Sequence record: DRR378314_778 | DNA length: 51,329 bases | Reading direction: 5' to 3' (one strand) | Shown here: positions 8,671 to 17,741 of the stretch, piece by piece | Numbering within the stretch: position 1 is the stretch's first letter | How the letters are laid out: each line of letters opens with the position of its first letter | Made by a program: the position numbers and the translations under genes | The notes under the pieces: generated by a model | Database searches by the model: none | What the model saw: only the letters and a program-made list of their open reading frames with translations | What the model was told of the DNA's origin: nothing

Positions 8671-9759
8671 ATGTCTGAGATCAAAACAAAAGGAATTACA
8701 AGGCGCGCCGCATTGGGTGTTGGCGCCGCCGGTGTTGTTGCGTTTTCCATGCCGTCCATCATTCGCGCCAATGAGCGGTCTTTGAAGGTTGGCGTGTATG
8801 GGGGATATTTCAAAGACTCTTTCGATAAGCATATTTTCCCCGGATTTACCGAAGCGACCGGCATTGCGGTTCAGTCTGTGGCGGAACCAACCGGTGAAGC
8901 CTGGCTTGTTCAGTTGGAGCAGGCCGCCCGTGCCAAACGCGCACCCGCAGATGTTTCCATGATGTCTCAGGTGGCGATGTTGAAAGGGCAGAAAACGGAT
9001 CTGTGGGCAGCTTTGGATCTGTCAAAAATCCCGAACAGTGAAAATCTGCTGGGTAATTTTATCAACAAATATCCTGATGGCCGCGTGGCTGGCGTCGGTG
9101 CAGTTTCCTGGTATGTCAATCTGGTGTCCAACACGGATGTGATTAAAGAAGAGCCAAGTTCTTGGGCGGCCATGTGGGATTCTGCGCGCGAAGACCAGTT
9201 GGGATTACTGGCGTTGGTGTCCAATTCCTTCCTGCTCGAGGTAACCGCGAAAACTTTCCTTGGCGGAACTCAGGTTCTGGATACAGAAGCAGGTATCCTC
9301 AAAGCCTTCGATAAGTTGGCAGAAGTCAAACCCAACGTGCGTCTGTGGTATCGGGATGAAGCTCAGTTTGAACAGGGCCTGAAGACCGGCGAAATTCCGA
9401 TGGGTCAGTATTATCATGACGTCACCGGCCTTGCCATCGCCGATGGTCATCCGGTTCGGTCCACTTTCCCCAAAGAAGGCGGCATTTTGGATAGTGGAAG
9501 CTGGGCATTGTCCCGCGCCTCTGACAAAGTTGAAGAAGCGCATATGTTCATGGACTACGTGAGCCAGCCGGATGTACAGGCGGAGATGTCCCGAAAAGTC
9601 GGCACGTCACCAACCGTCAAACGGTCTCTGCTGAACCTCAGCGCCGATGAATTTGCCAGCGTGTCATCTGAAGTCGATCCGATCATTCCGCGCTATGACA
9701 TGTATCAGGAGCGCTCTGACTGGTTGAACCAGAAATGGACAGAACTGATTGTTGGCTAA
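8671..9759 (+). CDS. ABC substrate-binding protein, PotD/PotF-like, Tat signal
   Basis: TRRAALG twin-arginine leader; FPKEGG motif; heads a potABC-like set. Confidence 0.88.
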   Translation: MSEIKTKGITRRAALGVGAAGVVAFSMPSIIRANERSLKVGVYGGYFKDSFDKHIFPGFTEATGIAVQSVAEPTGEAWLVQLEQAARAKRAPADVSMMSQVAMLKGQKTDLWAALDLSKIPNSENLLGNFINKYPDGRVAGVGAVSWYVNLVSNTDVIKEEPSSWAAMWDSAREDQLGLLALVSNSFLLEVTAKTFLGGTQVLDTEAGILKAFDKLAEVKPNVRLWYRDEAQFEQGLKTGEIPMGQYYHDVTGLAIADGHPVRSTFPKEGGILDSGSWALSRASDKVEEAHMFMDYVSQPDVQAEMSRKVGTSPTVKRSLLNLSADEFASVSSEVDPIIPRYDMYQERSDWLNQKWTELIVG

Positions 9760-9804
9760 GCTGTCAGAGACGTATATCCTTTGAGGATATTGAGTGTTGA
9801 AATA

Positions 9805-9839
9805 AAGCTGGCTGGGGCCGTCAGGGCGTCAGCCAGCTT
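9805..9839 (+). terminator. Intercistronic stem-loop after the SBP gene
   Basis: AAGCTGGCTG...CAGCCAGCTT 10-bp stem with no U-tail. Confidence 0.5.
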
Positions 9840-9860
9840 GGTAAAGTAAAGTGAGGCGGA

Positions 9861-10898
9861 ATGTCGGGATTGACCTTGACAGGAATTCGCAAGGAATTCG
9901 GATCCTTTGTGGCCGTAGATGATGTTAATCTTGAGATCCCTGAGGGGAGTTTCGTCTGCCTGCTGGGGCCGTCCGGCTGCGGAAAGACAACGCTTCTTCG
10001 CATGATTGCCGGTCTGGAGGATCCAACCGCCGGGGATATCCAGCTGGATAAAGCGGATATAACGGGCATTCCGACCCATAAACGTAATTTGGGCATGGTG
10101 TTTCAATCCCTTGCCCTGTTCCCCCACCTGAGTGTTGCTGAAAATATAGCTTATTCCTTGCGGATCAGAAAAAGCAGCAAGGCTGAGCAGCAGGCGCGGG
10201 TGAAAGAACTTTTAGATCTTATTCATCTGCCCGGTTATGAAAACCGGATGATTAATCAGCTTTCCGGCGGGCAGCGGCAGCGGGTCGCAATCGCCCGGGC
10301 TTTGGCCCTGTCGCCCGGTTTGTTTCTGCTGGATGAGCCGCTATCTGCGTTGGATGCCAAGCTGCGCGAAGATATGCAATTAGAGTTACGCCAGTTGCAA
10401 CAAAAGCTTGGCATTACCACCATTGTGGTGACCCATGATCAACGCGAAGCCATGACCATGGCGGATCTGGTTGTCGTCATGGGCGAAGGGCGTATTCGCC
10501 AGGCAGCCAGCCCGGTAGAAATTTACCGCCGGCCAGCCGATCGGTTTGTTGCCGACTTTATCGGTGCGACCAATCTGCTGGATATTAATGCGAACGCAAG
10601 CGGCGTTCCGGCGTTCCGCTCTTTCACCTTTGGGGACCTGAAACTGCCCGAAAGTCACAAGGCTGCGACCCTGTCAATCCGTCCCGAAGATGTCAGCATT
10701 GTCTCGCCGGATGCTGGGAATTTGACAGGCCGTGTGGTCTTCATTCGCGATCTTGGCAGCAGCATTGAGACCTTTGTGGAGGTTGATGGCTTTCAGATGA
10801 CGGCTGTCAGCTCCCCACGGGATCGACAGGATTTGAAAATTGGTGAGGATGTGGGCTTGCTCCTGCCTGCCGAAAATTGCGTGATGCTGACCCAATGA
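9861..10898 (+). CDS. ABC ATP-binding subunit (PotA-like)
   Basis: GPSGCGKTT, LSGGQRQR, LLDEP, VTHDQ and a TOBE tail. Confidence 0.95.
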   Translation: MSGLTLTGIRKEFGSFVAVDDVNLEIPEGSFVCLLGPSGCGKTTLLRMIAGLEDPTAGDIQLDKADITGIPTHKRNLGMVFQSLALFPHLSVAENIAYSLRIRKSSKAEQQARVKELLDLIHLPGYENRMINQLSGGQRQRVAIARALALSPGLFLLDEPLSALDAKLREDMQLELRQLQQKLGITTIVVTHDQREAMTMADLVVVMGEGRIRQAASPVEIYRRPADRFVADFIGATNLLDINANASGVPAFRSFTFGDLKLPESHKAATLSIRPEDVSIVSPDAGNLTGRVVFIRDLGSSIETFVEVDGFQMTAVSSPRDRQDLKIGEDVGLLLPAENCVMLTQ

Positions 10899-11752
10899 TG
10901 CAAAAACCCGTCCGTTCGGTCCGCGACTACGGGCCGCTTGTCTATCCGGCGCTGATGTTACTGGTGTTCTTTGTGATCCCTTTCGGCACCATGATCGCTG
11001 TCAGTTTTTTTCAGCGGGATGTGGGGGGCTTTTACACCCCGGATTTCGTTTTCAGTAATTATGAGCGGTTTTTCAGCCTGTTTTTTGCCAAGGTGCTGGG
11101 CTTTTCTTTGATGCTGGCCATGTTGGTCGCGTTAATCTGTGTCACTATTTCCTTTCCCTTCACCTATTTGCTGACCCGCACCTCAAGGCGGACGCAGATG
11201 ATTTGGCTGGTCGCGATCCTCTCTGTTCTATCCCTGTCGGAGGTGATCATTGGCTTTGCCTGGTCTTCACTTTTCTCGCGAACGGCGGGATTGTCCAACG
11301 TGTTGGTTTGGCTGGGCCTGTTAGACAAACCAAACGCCTATTATCCCGGGTTCGGCGCAGTGTTGACAGCGATGGTGTATCAGGCGCTCCCCTATAGTGT
11401 CCTGGTCCTTTATCCCTCCCTGGCGCGCTTTGATACCAGCTTTTTGGAAGCGGCCCGGACCATGGGTGCCTCACCGGTAAAGGCGTTCCTGAATGTGCTG
11501 CTGCCGGTTCAGCGCAATACTTTGCTGGCCACTTTGATTATGGTCTTTGTCTTTGCCCTTGGCAGTTATCTCATTCCGCAAATCCTTGGCCGGCCGCAAC
11601 ATTGGACTTTATCGGTGCTGATCACTGATCAGGCGATTTATCAATCCAATATGCCGTTTGCCTCGGCCATGGCGGTGTTCCTTGTTTTGATGTCCTTGGC
11701 GTTGGTCGGTTTGACCCTGTTGCTTGGCCGCAAAACGGAGGGGGCGAGATGA
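10895..11752 (+). CDS. ABC permease (PotB-like)
   Basis: Multiple TM helices; EAARTMGAS loop; ATGA overlap with the upstream gene. Confidence 0.92.
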   Translation: MMQKPVRSVRDYGPLVYPALMLLVFFVIPFGTMIAVSFFQRDVGGFYTPDFVFSNYERFFSLFFAKVLGFSLMLAMLVALICVTISFPFTYLLTRTSRRTQMIWLVAILSVLSLSEVIIGFAWSSLFSRTAGLSNVLVWLGLLDKPNAYYPGFGAVLTAMVYQALPYSVLVLYPSLARFDTSFLEAARTMGASPVKAFLNVLLPVQRNTLLATLIMVFVFALGSYLIPQILGRPQHWTLSVLITDQAIYQSNMPFASAMAVFLVLMSLALVGLTLLLGRKTEGAR

Positions 11753-12555
11753 GCGCACGACTTAGCCGTATCCTGTTTTTCTGTTGCATCGCGTTCTTCA
11801 TGTTGCTGCCTGTCATCGTGGTTATCGGGGTGTCGGTCAATGAAAAGCAAAGCCTGACCTTCCCGCCCGAGGGCTTCTCACTCTCCTGGTACAGCCAGAT
11901 CTTTACGGATCCGGAATGGCGAAATGCACTAATCAATTCTTTGATCCTGGCTACCGGATCGGCTTTTCTGGCGGTATCAGTTGCTCTGCCGCTGGCTTGG
12001 TTCTTATGGCGGTATAAAGCCCCTTGGGCGCAGATTTTCCGACTTTTGGGGATTGCACCTTTTATCTTGCCACCGGTTATTACGGCGCTCGGCTTTTTGA
12101 CTTTCTGGGCGACAACGGGCCCCTATGGGGAGCCCTGGACCGCGATTATCAGCCATGGCATCTTTTTTGTGACCCTGCCGCTGGTCACCATCTCTCTTGG
12201 CTTTTCATCAATTGATGGGGAGCTGGTGGAGGCAGCCTCCACCATGGGTGCCAATGACCGGGCAATCTTTCGAACGGTAATTTTTCCGCTGATCCTGCCC
12301 TATATGATCTCAGGTTTTGCCTTTACCTTCGTGCTGTCGCTCAACGAATATATCGTTGCCTATATGACGGTAGGTTTCACGATGGAGACCTTACCGATCA
12401 AGATCTTCAATGCCCTCCGGTATGGATACACACCTACAATGGCGGCGGTCTCTTTCCTCTTTGTGGTGGTGGCGGCTGTTGTCTTTGGTCTGATTGCCCG
12501 CTTTGGCAATCTTCCCAAGTTGCTAGGCAATATGTCGGGGGAGGAGACAGAATGA
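11749..12555 (+). CDS. ABC permease (PotC-like)
   Basis: FPPEGFSLSWY, EAASTMGA, TLPIKIF; ATGA overlap. Confidence 0.92.
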   Translation: MSARLSRILFFCCIAFFMLLPVIVVIGVSVNEKQSLTFPPEGFSLSWYSQIFTDPEWRNALINSLILATGSAFLAVSVALPLAWFLWRYKAPWAQIFRLLGIAPFILPPVITALGFLTFWATTGPYGEPWTAIISHGIFFVTLPLVTISLGFSSIDGELVEAASTMGANDRAIFRTVIFPLILPYMISGFAFTFVLSLNEYIVAYMTVGFTMETLPIKIFNALRYGYTPTMAAVSFLFVVVAAVVFGLIARFGNLPKLLGNMSGEETE

Positions 12556-13337
12556 AGCTCGCCCTCTCGCAAATGCGCAGCACAAATGGAACGATTGCCA
12601 ATAATCTTGACCGCCTGATTGCCAGCACAGAGGCAGCAGCAGACGCCAACGCCGATCTTATCCTGTTTCCGGAGCTGGCTCTTTGCGGTTATGGCAGCGG
12701 TGATGCCTTCAATAGCCTTGCGCTCAGCGTCAATAGCGCTGAAATTACCCATCTGCAATCGGTTGCTGATCATCTTGATATCTCTCTTGTAACCGGTTTT
12801 GCGGAAAAGTCCGCAGCGCAGGTATTTAACAGTGCGATCTGCCTGCAGCCCGGAAAAGAGCCGCAGATCTACCGGAAAACCTGCCTTTATGGGGATTATG
12901 AAAAATCTCATTTTGCGGCGGCTCCGGCAGCTACCTGCCTGTTTGATTGCGGCGGTGTCCGGGTGGGGCTGCTGATCTGCTATGATGTTGAATTCCCAGA
13001 AAATGTCCGGCGGCTCGCCTTGGCCGGGGCGGACTTGATCGCTGTCCCAACAGCCTTGCCAGGCAGTGATCACAGCGATCTTATCGCCCGCAAATTGCTA
13101 CCCGTTCGGGCTTTTGAAAATCAGGTTTTTGTCGCCTATGCCAACTTGTCGGATAATGGTGACGAATTTTCCTATTACGGGCATTCAGGGATCTTTGCCC
13201 CTGACGGTCAGGCATTGAGCTTGGCAGGCGCAGGGGAGGAGCTGATTTTTGCAAAAATTGATGTGAAAGTCTTTGCCCAATCTCGAGCTGAAAATCCGTA
13301 TCTTGCAGATCTGGATGCCCTGGTCGGGTTGGATTGA
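12552..13337 (+). CDS. Carbon-nitrogen hydrolase (nitrilase superfamily amidase)
   Basis: Glu-Lys-Cys triad: FPEL, YRK, ICYDVEFPE. Confidence 0.92.
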   Translation: MKLALSQMRSTNGTIANNLDRLIASTEAAADANADLILFPELALCGYGSGDAFNSLALSVNSAEITHLQSVADHLDISLVTGFAEKSAAQVFNSAICLQPGKEPQIYRKTCLYGDYEKSHFAAAPAATCLFDCGGVRVGLLICYDVEFPENVRRLALAGADLIAVPTALPGSDHSDLIARKLLPVRAFENQVFVAYANLSDNGDEFSYYGHSGIFAPDGQALSLAGAGEELIFAKIDVKVFAQSRAENPYLADLDALVGLD

Positions 13338-13392
13338 GGGAGCTTGCAGGCCGGTTTTTGACAGCAAGGCTTGACTTTCCCCGCAAATCATT

Positions 13393-13410
13393 GATTTTCA
13401 GTTGAAAATC
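13393..13410. promoter_or_regulatory. Palindrome GATTTTCA-GT-TGAAAATC upstream of purU; candidate operator over a CTTGAC-type promoter
   Basis: 8-bp perfect arms, 15 bp before the purU ATG; CTTGAC at 13370-13375 is a plausible -35. Confidence 0.45.
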
Positions 13411-13425
13411 TCTCGGAGAACCGAA

Positions 13426-14310
13426 ATGTCCAGCTATATTTTGACTGTTAAATGCTTATCCCGCCGCGGCATCGTATCCGCTATTTCTACCAAATTGACT
13501 GAAAATGGCTGTAACATCACGGATTCTGCGCAATTTGATGATCCCGAAACGGGCAATTTCTTTATGCGAACGAGTTTTAACTCTGAAACCGGAACTAGCC
13601 TGGCGGAGCTAAAATCAGCGTTTGCAAGTATAGTTGATAGTTTCGAGATGGAACTCACCCTTAATGATGCTGCGGATCGGCCCAAGGTGTTGTTAATGGT
13701 GTCCAGTTTCGGCCATTGCCTCAATGACCTGCTATACCGCTGGAGAATTGGGGCGCTGCCGATTGAAATTGTCGGAGTGGTTTCCAATCACATGACCTAT
13801 CAGAAGACGGTCGTGAATTACGATCTGCCCTTTTACCATATCAAGGTTACCAAAGACACCAAGCCTGAGGCCGAAGCCCGGCTGTTGGAAGTGGTTGAAG
13901 AAACCGGAACGGATCTGGTGGTCCTTGCCCGTTACATGCAGGTCCTCTCCGATCAGTTATGTCAGAAGCTGGCCGGTCGCGTCATCAACATCCACCATTC
14001 GTTCCTGCCCAGTTTTAAAGGCGCAAACCCTTATAAACAGGCGTATCAGCGGGGGGTGAAGCTAATTGGCGCAACGGCTCATTATGTGACGACTGATTTG
14101 GATGAAGGTCCGATTATCGAGCAGGATGTGGTCCGTGTGACCCACGCGCAGTCGTCTGAAGATTACGTCAGCCTCGGCCGGGATGTGGAGGCACAGGTGC
14201 TGGCGCGGGCCATTCATGCTCATATCCACCACCGGGTCTTCATAAACGGATTGAAAACCGTTGTTTTCCCGGCCAGCCCCGGCTCTTTCGCGTCAGAGCG
14301 AATGGGCTAA
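13426..14310 (+). CDS. purU: Formyltetrahydrofolate deformylase
   Basis: ACT N-domain, HCLNDLLYR, LARYMQVLS, INIHHSFLPSFKGANPYKQA, LDEGPIIEQ. ATG 13426 after GGAGA. Confidence 0.96.
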   Translation: MSSYILTVKCLSRRGIVSAISTKLTENGCNITDSAQFDDPETGNFFMRTSFNSETGTSLAELKSAFASIVDSFEMELTLNDAADRPKVLLMVSSFGHCLNDLLYRWRIGALPIEIVGVVSNHMTYQKTVVNYDLPFYHIKVTKDTKPEAEARLLEVVEETGTDLVVLARYMQVLSDQLCQKLAGRVINIHHSFLPSFKGANPYKQAYQRGVKLIGATAHYVTTDLDEGPIIEQDVVRVTHAQSSEDYVSLGRDVEAQVLARAIHAHIHHRVFINGLKTVVFPASPGSFASERMG

Positions 14311-14374
14311 TCCAATGGTTTCGGTAACGGGTGGTGACAGCAGTATAAAGTCTTAGTGGTGAAGGAAGAATAAT

Positions 14375-15085
14375 ATGATCAATAAAGTCAGTCCGTCGGT
14401 CTCGGCGGTGATTTCCCGGATCGAGGATGGCGCGACCATCATGATCGGCGGCTTTGGAGAGGCGGGTAGCCCGATTGAGCTGATCCACGCGCTCATCGAT
14501 AAAGGCACCAAAGGCCTGACCGTCATCAATAATAACACAGGCAATGGCGAAGTTGGCCTTGCCGCCCTGATTGGCGCGGGTCAGGTGAAAAAAATGATCT
14601 GCAGCTATCCCCGATCCTCTCATTCCAAAGTTTTCCCGGAACTGTATCGGGCCGGCAAGATCGAACTGGAACTGGTGCCTCAGGGAACGTTGGCAGAACG
14701 CATTCGCGCAGGCGGGGCGGGCATTCCGGCGTTCTATACGCCAACCAGTGTGGGAACACCGCTTGCTGACGGCAAAGAAGTTCGGGAAATCAAGGGCCGG
14801 GACTATGTGCTGGAATACGGGCTGACCGCAGACTTTGCATTGATCCGGGCGGAACAGGCGGATCCTCTTGGCAACCTGACATATTATAAGGCTGCCCGTA
14901 ATTTCGGCCCCATCATGGCCATGGCAGCGTCCACCACACTTGTTCAGGCGCGCAAAATCGTCGCGGCGGGAGAGATCGACCCTGAAGTTGTCGTCACCCC
15001 CGGTCTGTTTGTCGATCAAGTGGTGGAGGTGCCAAATCCCGCCATGGAGTCCCAACTGATTAAACAGGGAGTAACCTACCCATGA
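14375..15085 (+). CDS. pcaI: 3-oxoacid (3-oxoadipate-type) CoA-transferase subunit A
   Basis: IGGFGEAGSP, NNTGNGEVGLAAL, PQGTLAERIRAGGAGIPAFYT. Confidence 0.85.
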   Translation: MINKVSPSVSAVISRIEDGATIMIGGFGEAGSPIELIHALIDKGTKGLTVINNNTGNGEVGLAALIGAGQVKKMICSYPRSSHSKVFPELYRAGKIELELVPQGTLAERIRAGGAGIPAFYTPTSVGTPLADGKEVREIKGRDYVLEYGLTADFALIRAEQADPLGNLTYYKAARNFGPIMAMAASTTLVQARKIVAAGEIDPEVVVTPGLFVDQVVEVPNPAMESQLIKQGVTYP

Positions 15086-15774
15086 GTGATACCCAGGTAA
15101 AACAGGGCCTTACCCGGCCCCAAATGGCATGGCGTGCCGCTCAGGATCTGGTCGATGGATCGATTGTCAATCTGGGCATTGGCATTCCGGAAATGGTGGC
15201 GGACTTTGTTCCCGGTGATCGTCAGATTATTTATCATACAGAAAACGGTATTCTGGGCTTTGGCCCGCGCCCGGCTGAAGAAGATGAAGATCCGGATCTG
15301 ATTAATGCGGGTAAAAAGCCGGTGTCCCTGCTTCCCGGGGCGAGCTTTTTTCATCATGCGGACAGCTTTGCCATGATCCGGGGTGGTCATCTGGATTACT
15401 GTATTTTGGGCGCGATGCAGGTCTCCCAGGATGGAAACCTTGCCAATTGGTCAACCGGTGCGCCGGGTGCGATCCCCGCAGTTGGCGGGGCCATGGATCT
15501 GGTCGCAGGTGTTCCCAATGTCTTTATCATCACAGATCATGTGACCCGCGATGGGCAACCCAAATTGATGAAAGCCTGTACGTATCCCCTGACGGCTGTT
15601 GGGGTGGTGAAGCGGGTGTTTACCGATTTTGGCGTGTTTGATGTGACATCCAATGGTTTCCAGATCACAGAGATTGCCCCCGGTCTCATGCTGGAGGAAG
15701 TCATCGCCAAGACCGATGCCGATCTTGAAGTCCCTGATCGTCTGAAGACTATGGAGATCCCGGCAGCTCTTTAA
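15082..15774 (+). CDS. pcaJ: 3-oxoacid CoA-transferase subunit B
   Basis: VNLGIGIP, TENG (active-site Glu), DLINAGK, MIRGGHLD, VGGAMDL. Confidence 0.85.
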   Translation: MSDTQVKQGLTRPQMAWRAAQDLVDGSIVNLGIGIPEMVADFVPGDRQIIYHTENGILGFGPRPAEEDEDPDLINAGKKPVSLLPGASFFHHADSFAMIRGGHLDYCILGAMQVSQDGNLANWSTGAPGAIPAVGGAMDLVAGVPNVFIITDHVTRDGQPKLMKACTYPLTAVGVVKRVFTDFGVFDVTSNGFQITEIAPGLMLEEVIAKTDADLEVPDRLKTMEIPAAL

Positions 15775-15792
15775 ACCGCTAAGGCGATGACA

Positions 15793-15826
15793 GGCGGTGA
15801 GCCGTGTTCGGGCTCATCGCCGTTTT
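15793..15826 (+). terminator. Intrinsic terminator between convergent pcaJ and XRE gene
   Basis: GGCGGTGAGCC-loop-GGCTCATCGCC followed by GTTTT. Confidence 0.7.
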
Positions 15827-15828
15827 GG

Positions 15829-16704
15829 TTATTTGACAAATCCTTTTAAAGCTTCGATCTCCCGGGCGGATTGTTCCGGCCCGACCTTGGCGATCCGGAT
15901 CAGATGATCAAAATGTTTGGTAAGTCTTCGGATATGTTCGACCGAATGGACCACCAGATAAAGATTTCCCAGATAAACTACAGCCCGAAGCGGGCCGAAC
16001 AGGGTATAAGGCGCCGAATTGACTGAGTGCTGATCAAACAGAAACAGTCGGAATGTCGGATAGAATTTGTCCAGCAGATCAATCATGTGATCCAGTTGCT
16101 TGGTCCGGATTCCTGGCGCCAGATCCCGCCAAATGCCTTCTCCGCGGGCAAATTGTTCCAACGTCTGCAAGGGCATGCAGACTTCCATATCGGTTTCTGG
16201 ATAGGGGGTGTCGGACAATTGTTTTTTTGCCTGCTTGTCCTGAGCTTCCCGTAAATCCAGTTCATAGGGTTCAAATTCGTAAGCACTGACCTCCTCAATG
16301 CGAAGCAAATCCGGGATTGTGCTGGGGATATATCGGATTTTATAGCCAAAGGCTTCTTTGTGCCATTCCATCAGTTTTTCGGTTGCCGCATCACCGCCCA
16401 GTTGCAGGGTTTCCACGGTTGTCGCCCGGTCTTCACTTTCTTTTTCCGTTGCCACAATGCCCAGCAGCCAATCCAGTGAGACACCGCATTCCCGGGCGAT
16501 GGCATATAGCGTTTCTGCACGGGGTAGGCGGGCTGACTCCGGGGCGAGAAACTGGCTGAGGGCAGATCTGTCAATTCCGATGGATTTTGAAAACTGGCTC
16601 AGGTTATAGCCGCGCTGGGATATCAGCAGCGCCATCCGGTCCCGGAAAATTGCGGCTATGTCCCTTTTGTCTGCATTTCCTGATGGGGTTTGTTGTGAAT
16701 GCAC
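15829..16704 (-). CDS. XRE-family HTH regulator with long C-terminal sensor domain
   Basis: LSQFSKSIGIDRSALSQFL...RLPRAETL...VSLDWLLG HTH; divergent from the desaturase-MttB operon. Confidence 0.85.
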   Translation of the reverse strand: MHSQQTPSGNADKRDIAAIFRDRMALLISQRGYNLSQFSKSIGIDRSALSQFLAPESARLPRAETLYAIARECGVSLDWLLGIVATEKESEDRATTVETLQLGGDAATEKLMEWHKEAFGYKIRYIPSTIPDLLRIEEVSAYEFEPYELDLREAQDKQAKKQLSDTPYPETDMEVCMPLQTLEQFARGEGIWRDLAPGIRTKQLDHMIDLLDKFYPTFRLFLFDQHSVNSAPYTLFGPLRAVVYLGNLYLVVHSVEHIRRLTKHFDHLIRIAKVGPEQSAREIEALKGFVK

Positions 16705-16835
16705 ACCAATTTTCCTATTAGTTTACAAAAATAACATTTGATATCGTTTTTTCATTATAATGTTCTTATTCTCACATTGTCTATATGGCATTTGACGCGC
16801 ATTCTCTTGGCTCAGCTCAACCAAGAGGATGAAAA

Positions 16836-17741
16836 GTGAAATTTACCGAAAGTTCTGAGTGGCTTACACTCGTTTTGAATCTCAGTTGTTACAGTTTTCT
16901 GGGCATTCTGGTTTTTGCGCCCTTAAGCCTTCCCGTCATCTTCCAGATCCTGGCGCTAATCCCGCTTTTGACGCTGCATTCCTCCTTGCAGCATGAAGCC
17001 CTGCATGGTCACCCATTTAAGGCTCAATGGCTTAATGACGCGCTGGTGTTTTTGCCCGCCGGATTACTGACCCCGTATTTCCGGTTCAAGGATACGCATA
17101 CCCGTCATCATAATAACGCCTTCATTACCAACCCTTTTGAAGATCCGGAAAGCTTCTATCAATCAGCGGCGCGGTTTTCGGCACGCCCCCAGTGGCAGCA
17201 AAAAATGTTCCAACTCAACAACACCCTGTTGGGCCGGTTGATAATAGGCCCCGCGATGTCTGCGGTTGGCTTCGCCGCTTATGAGGTGCAGTCCGGCGGC
17301 CGCCGTGTCCAATTGACCTGGGCACTTCATCTGGTGGTGGTTGCAGGCCTGCTGGTCATGATTTCCGCTTTTGGCCAACTGCCTTTATGGGCCTATCTGG
17401 TCGCTGCTTATTTTGGATATTCGCTTCTCATGCTTCGGACTTTTCTGGAGCATCAGGCCCATACCGATATCGATGCCCGGTCCGTTATTATCGCCGATCG
17501 TGGTTTGCTGAGCCTTCTGTTTCTCAACAATAATTTTCACATTCTGCATCACACGCGCCCGGGTGTTCCCTGGTATCGGCTGCCCAGCCTCTATGATCGT
17601 GATCCTGAGGGGTGGCGCGCCCGAAATCAGGGGTATTTTTACCGCAACTATTCTGAGGTGATCGCCCGCTATCTGCTCTCTGAAAAGGAGCCGGTCGCCT
17701 TTCCGGATGAACCCCGCTCACAGTCGAAAGTCGCTTCATGA
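16836..17741 (+). CDS. Membrane-bound diiron enzyme of the fatty acid desaturase superfamily
   Basis: Three His boxes HEALH, HTRHH, HILHH plus FLEH; several TM segments. Confidence 0.88.
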   Translation: MKFTESSEWLTLVLNLSCYSFLGILVFAPLSLPVIFQILALIPLLTLHSSLQHEALHGHPFKAQWLNDALVFLPAGLLTPYFRFKDTHTRHHNNAFITNPFEDPESFYQSAARFSARPQWQQKMFQLNNTLLGRLIIGPAMSAVGFAAYEVQSGGRRVQLTWALHLVVVAGLLVMISAFGQLPLWAYLVAAYFGYSLLMLRTFLEHQAHTDIDARSVIIADRGLLSLLFLNNNFHILHHTRPGVPWYRLPSLYDRDPEGWRARNQGYFYRNYSEVIARYLLSEKEPVAFPDEPRSQSKVAS

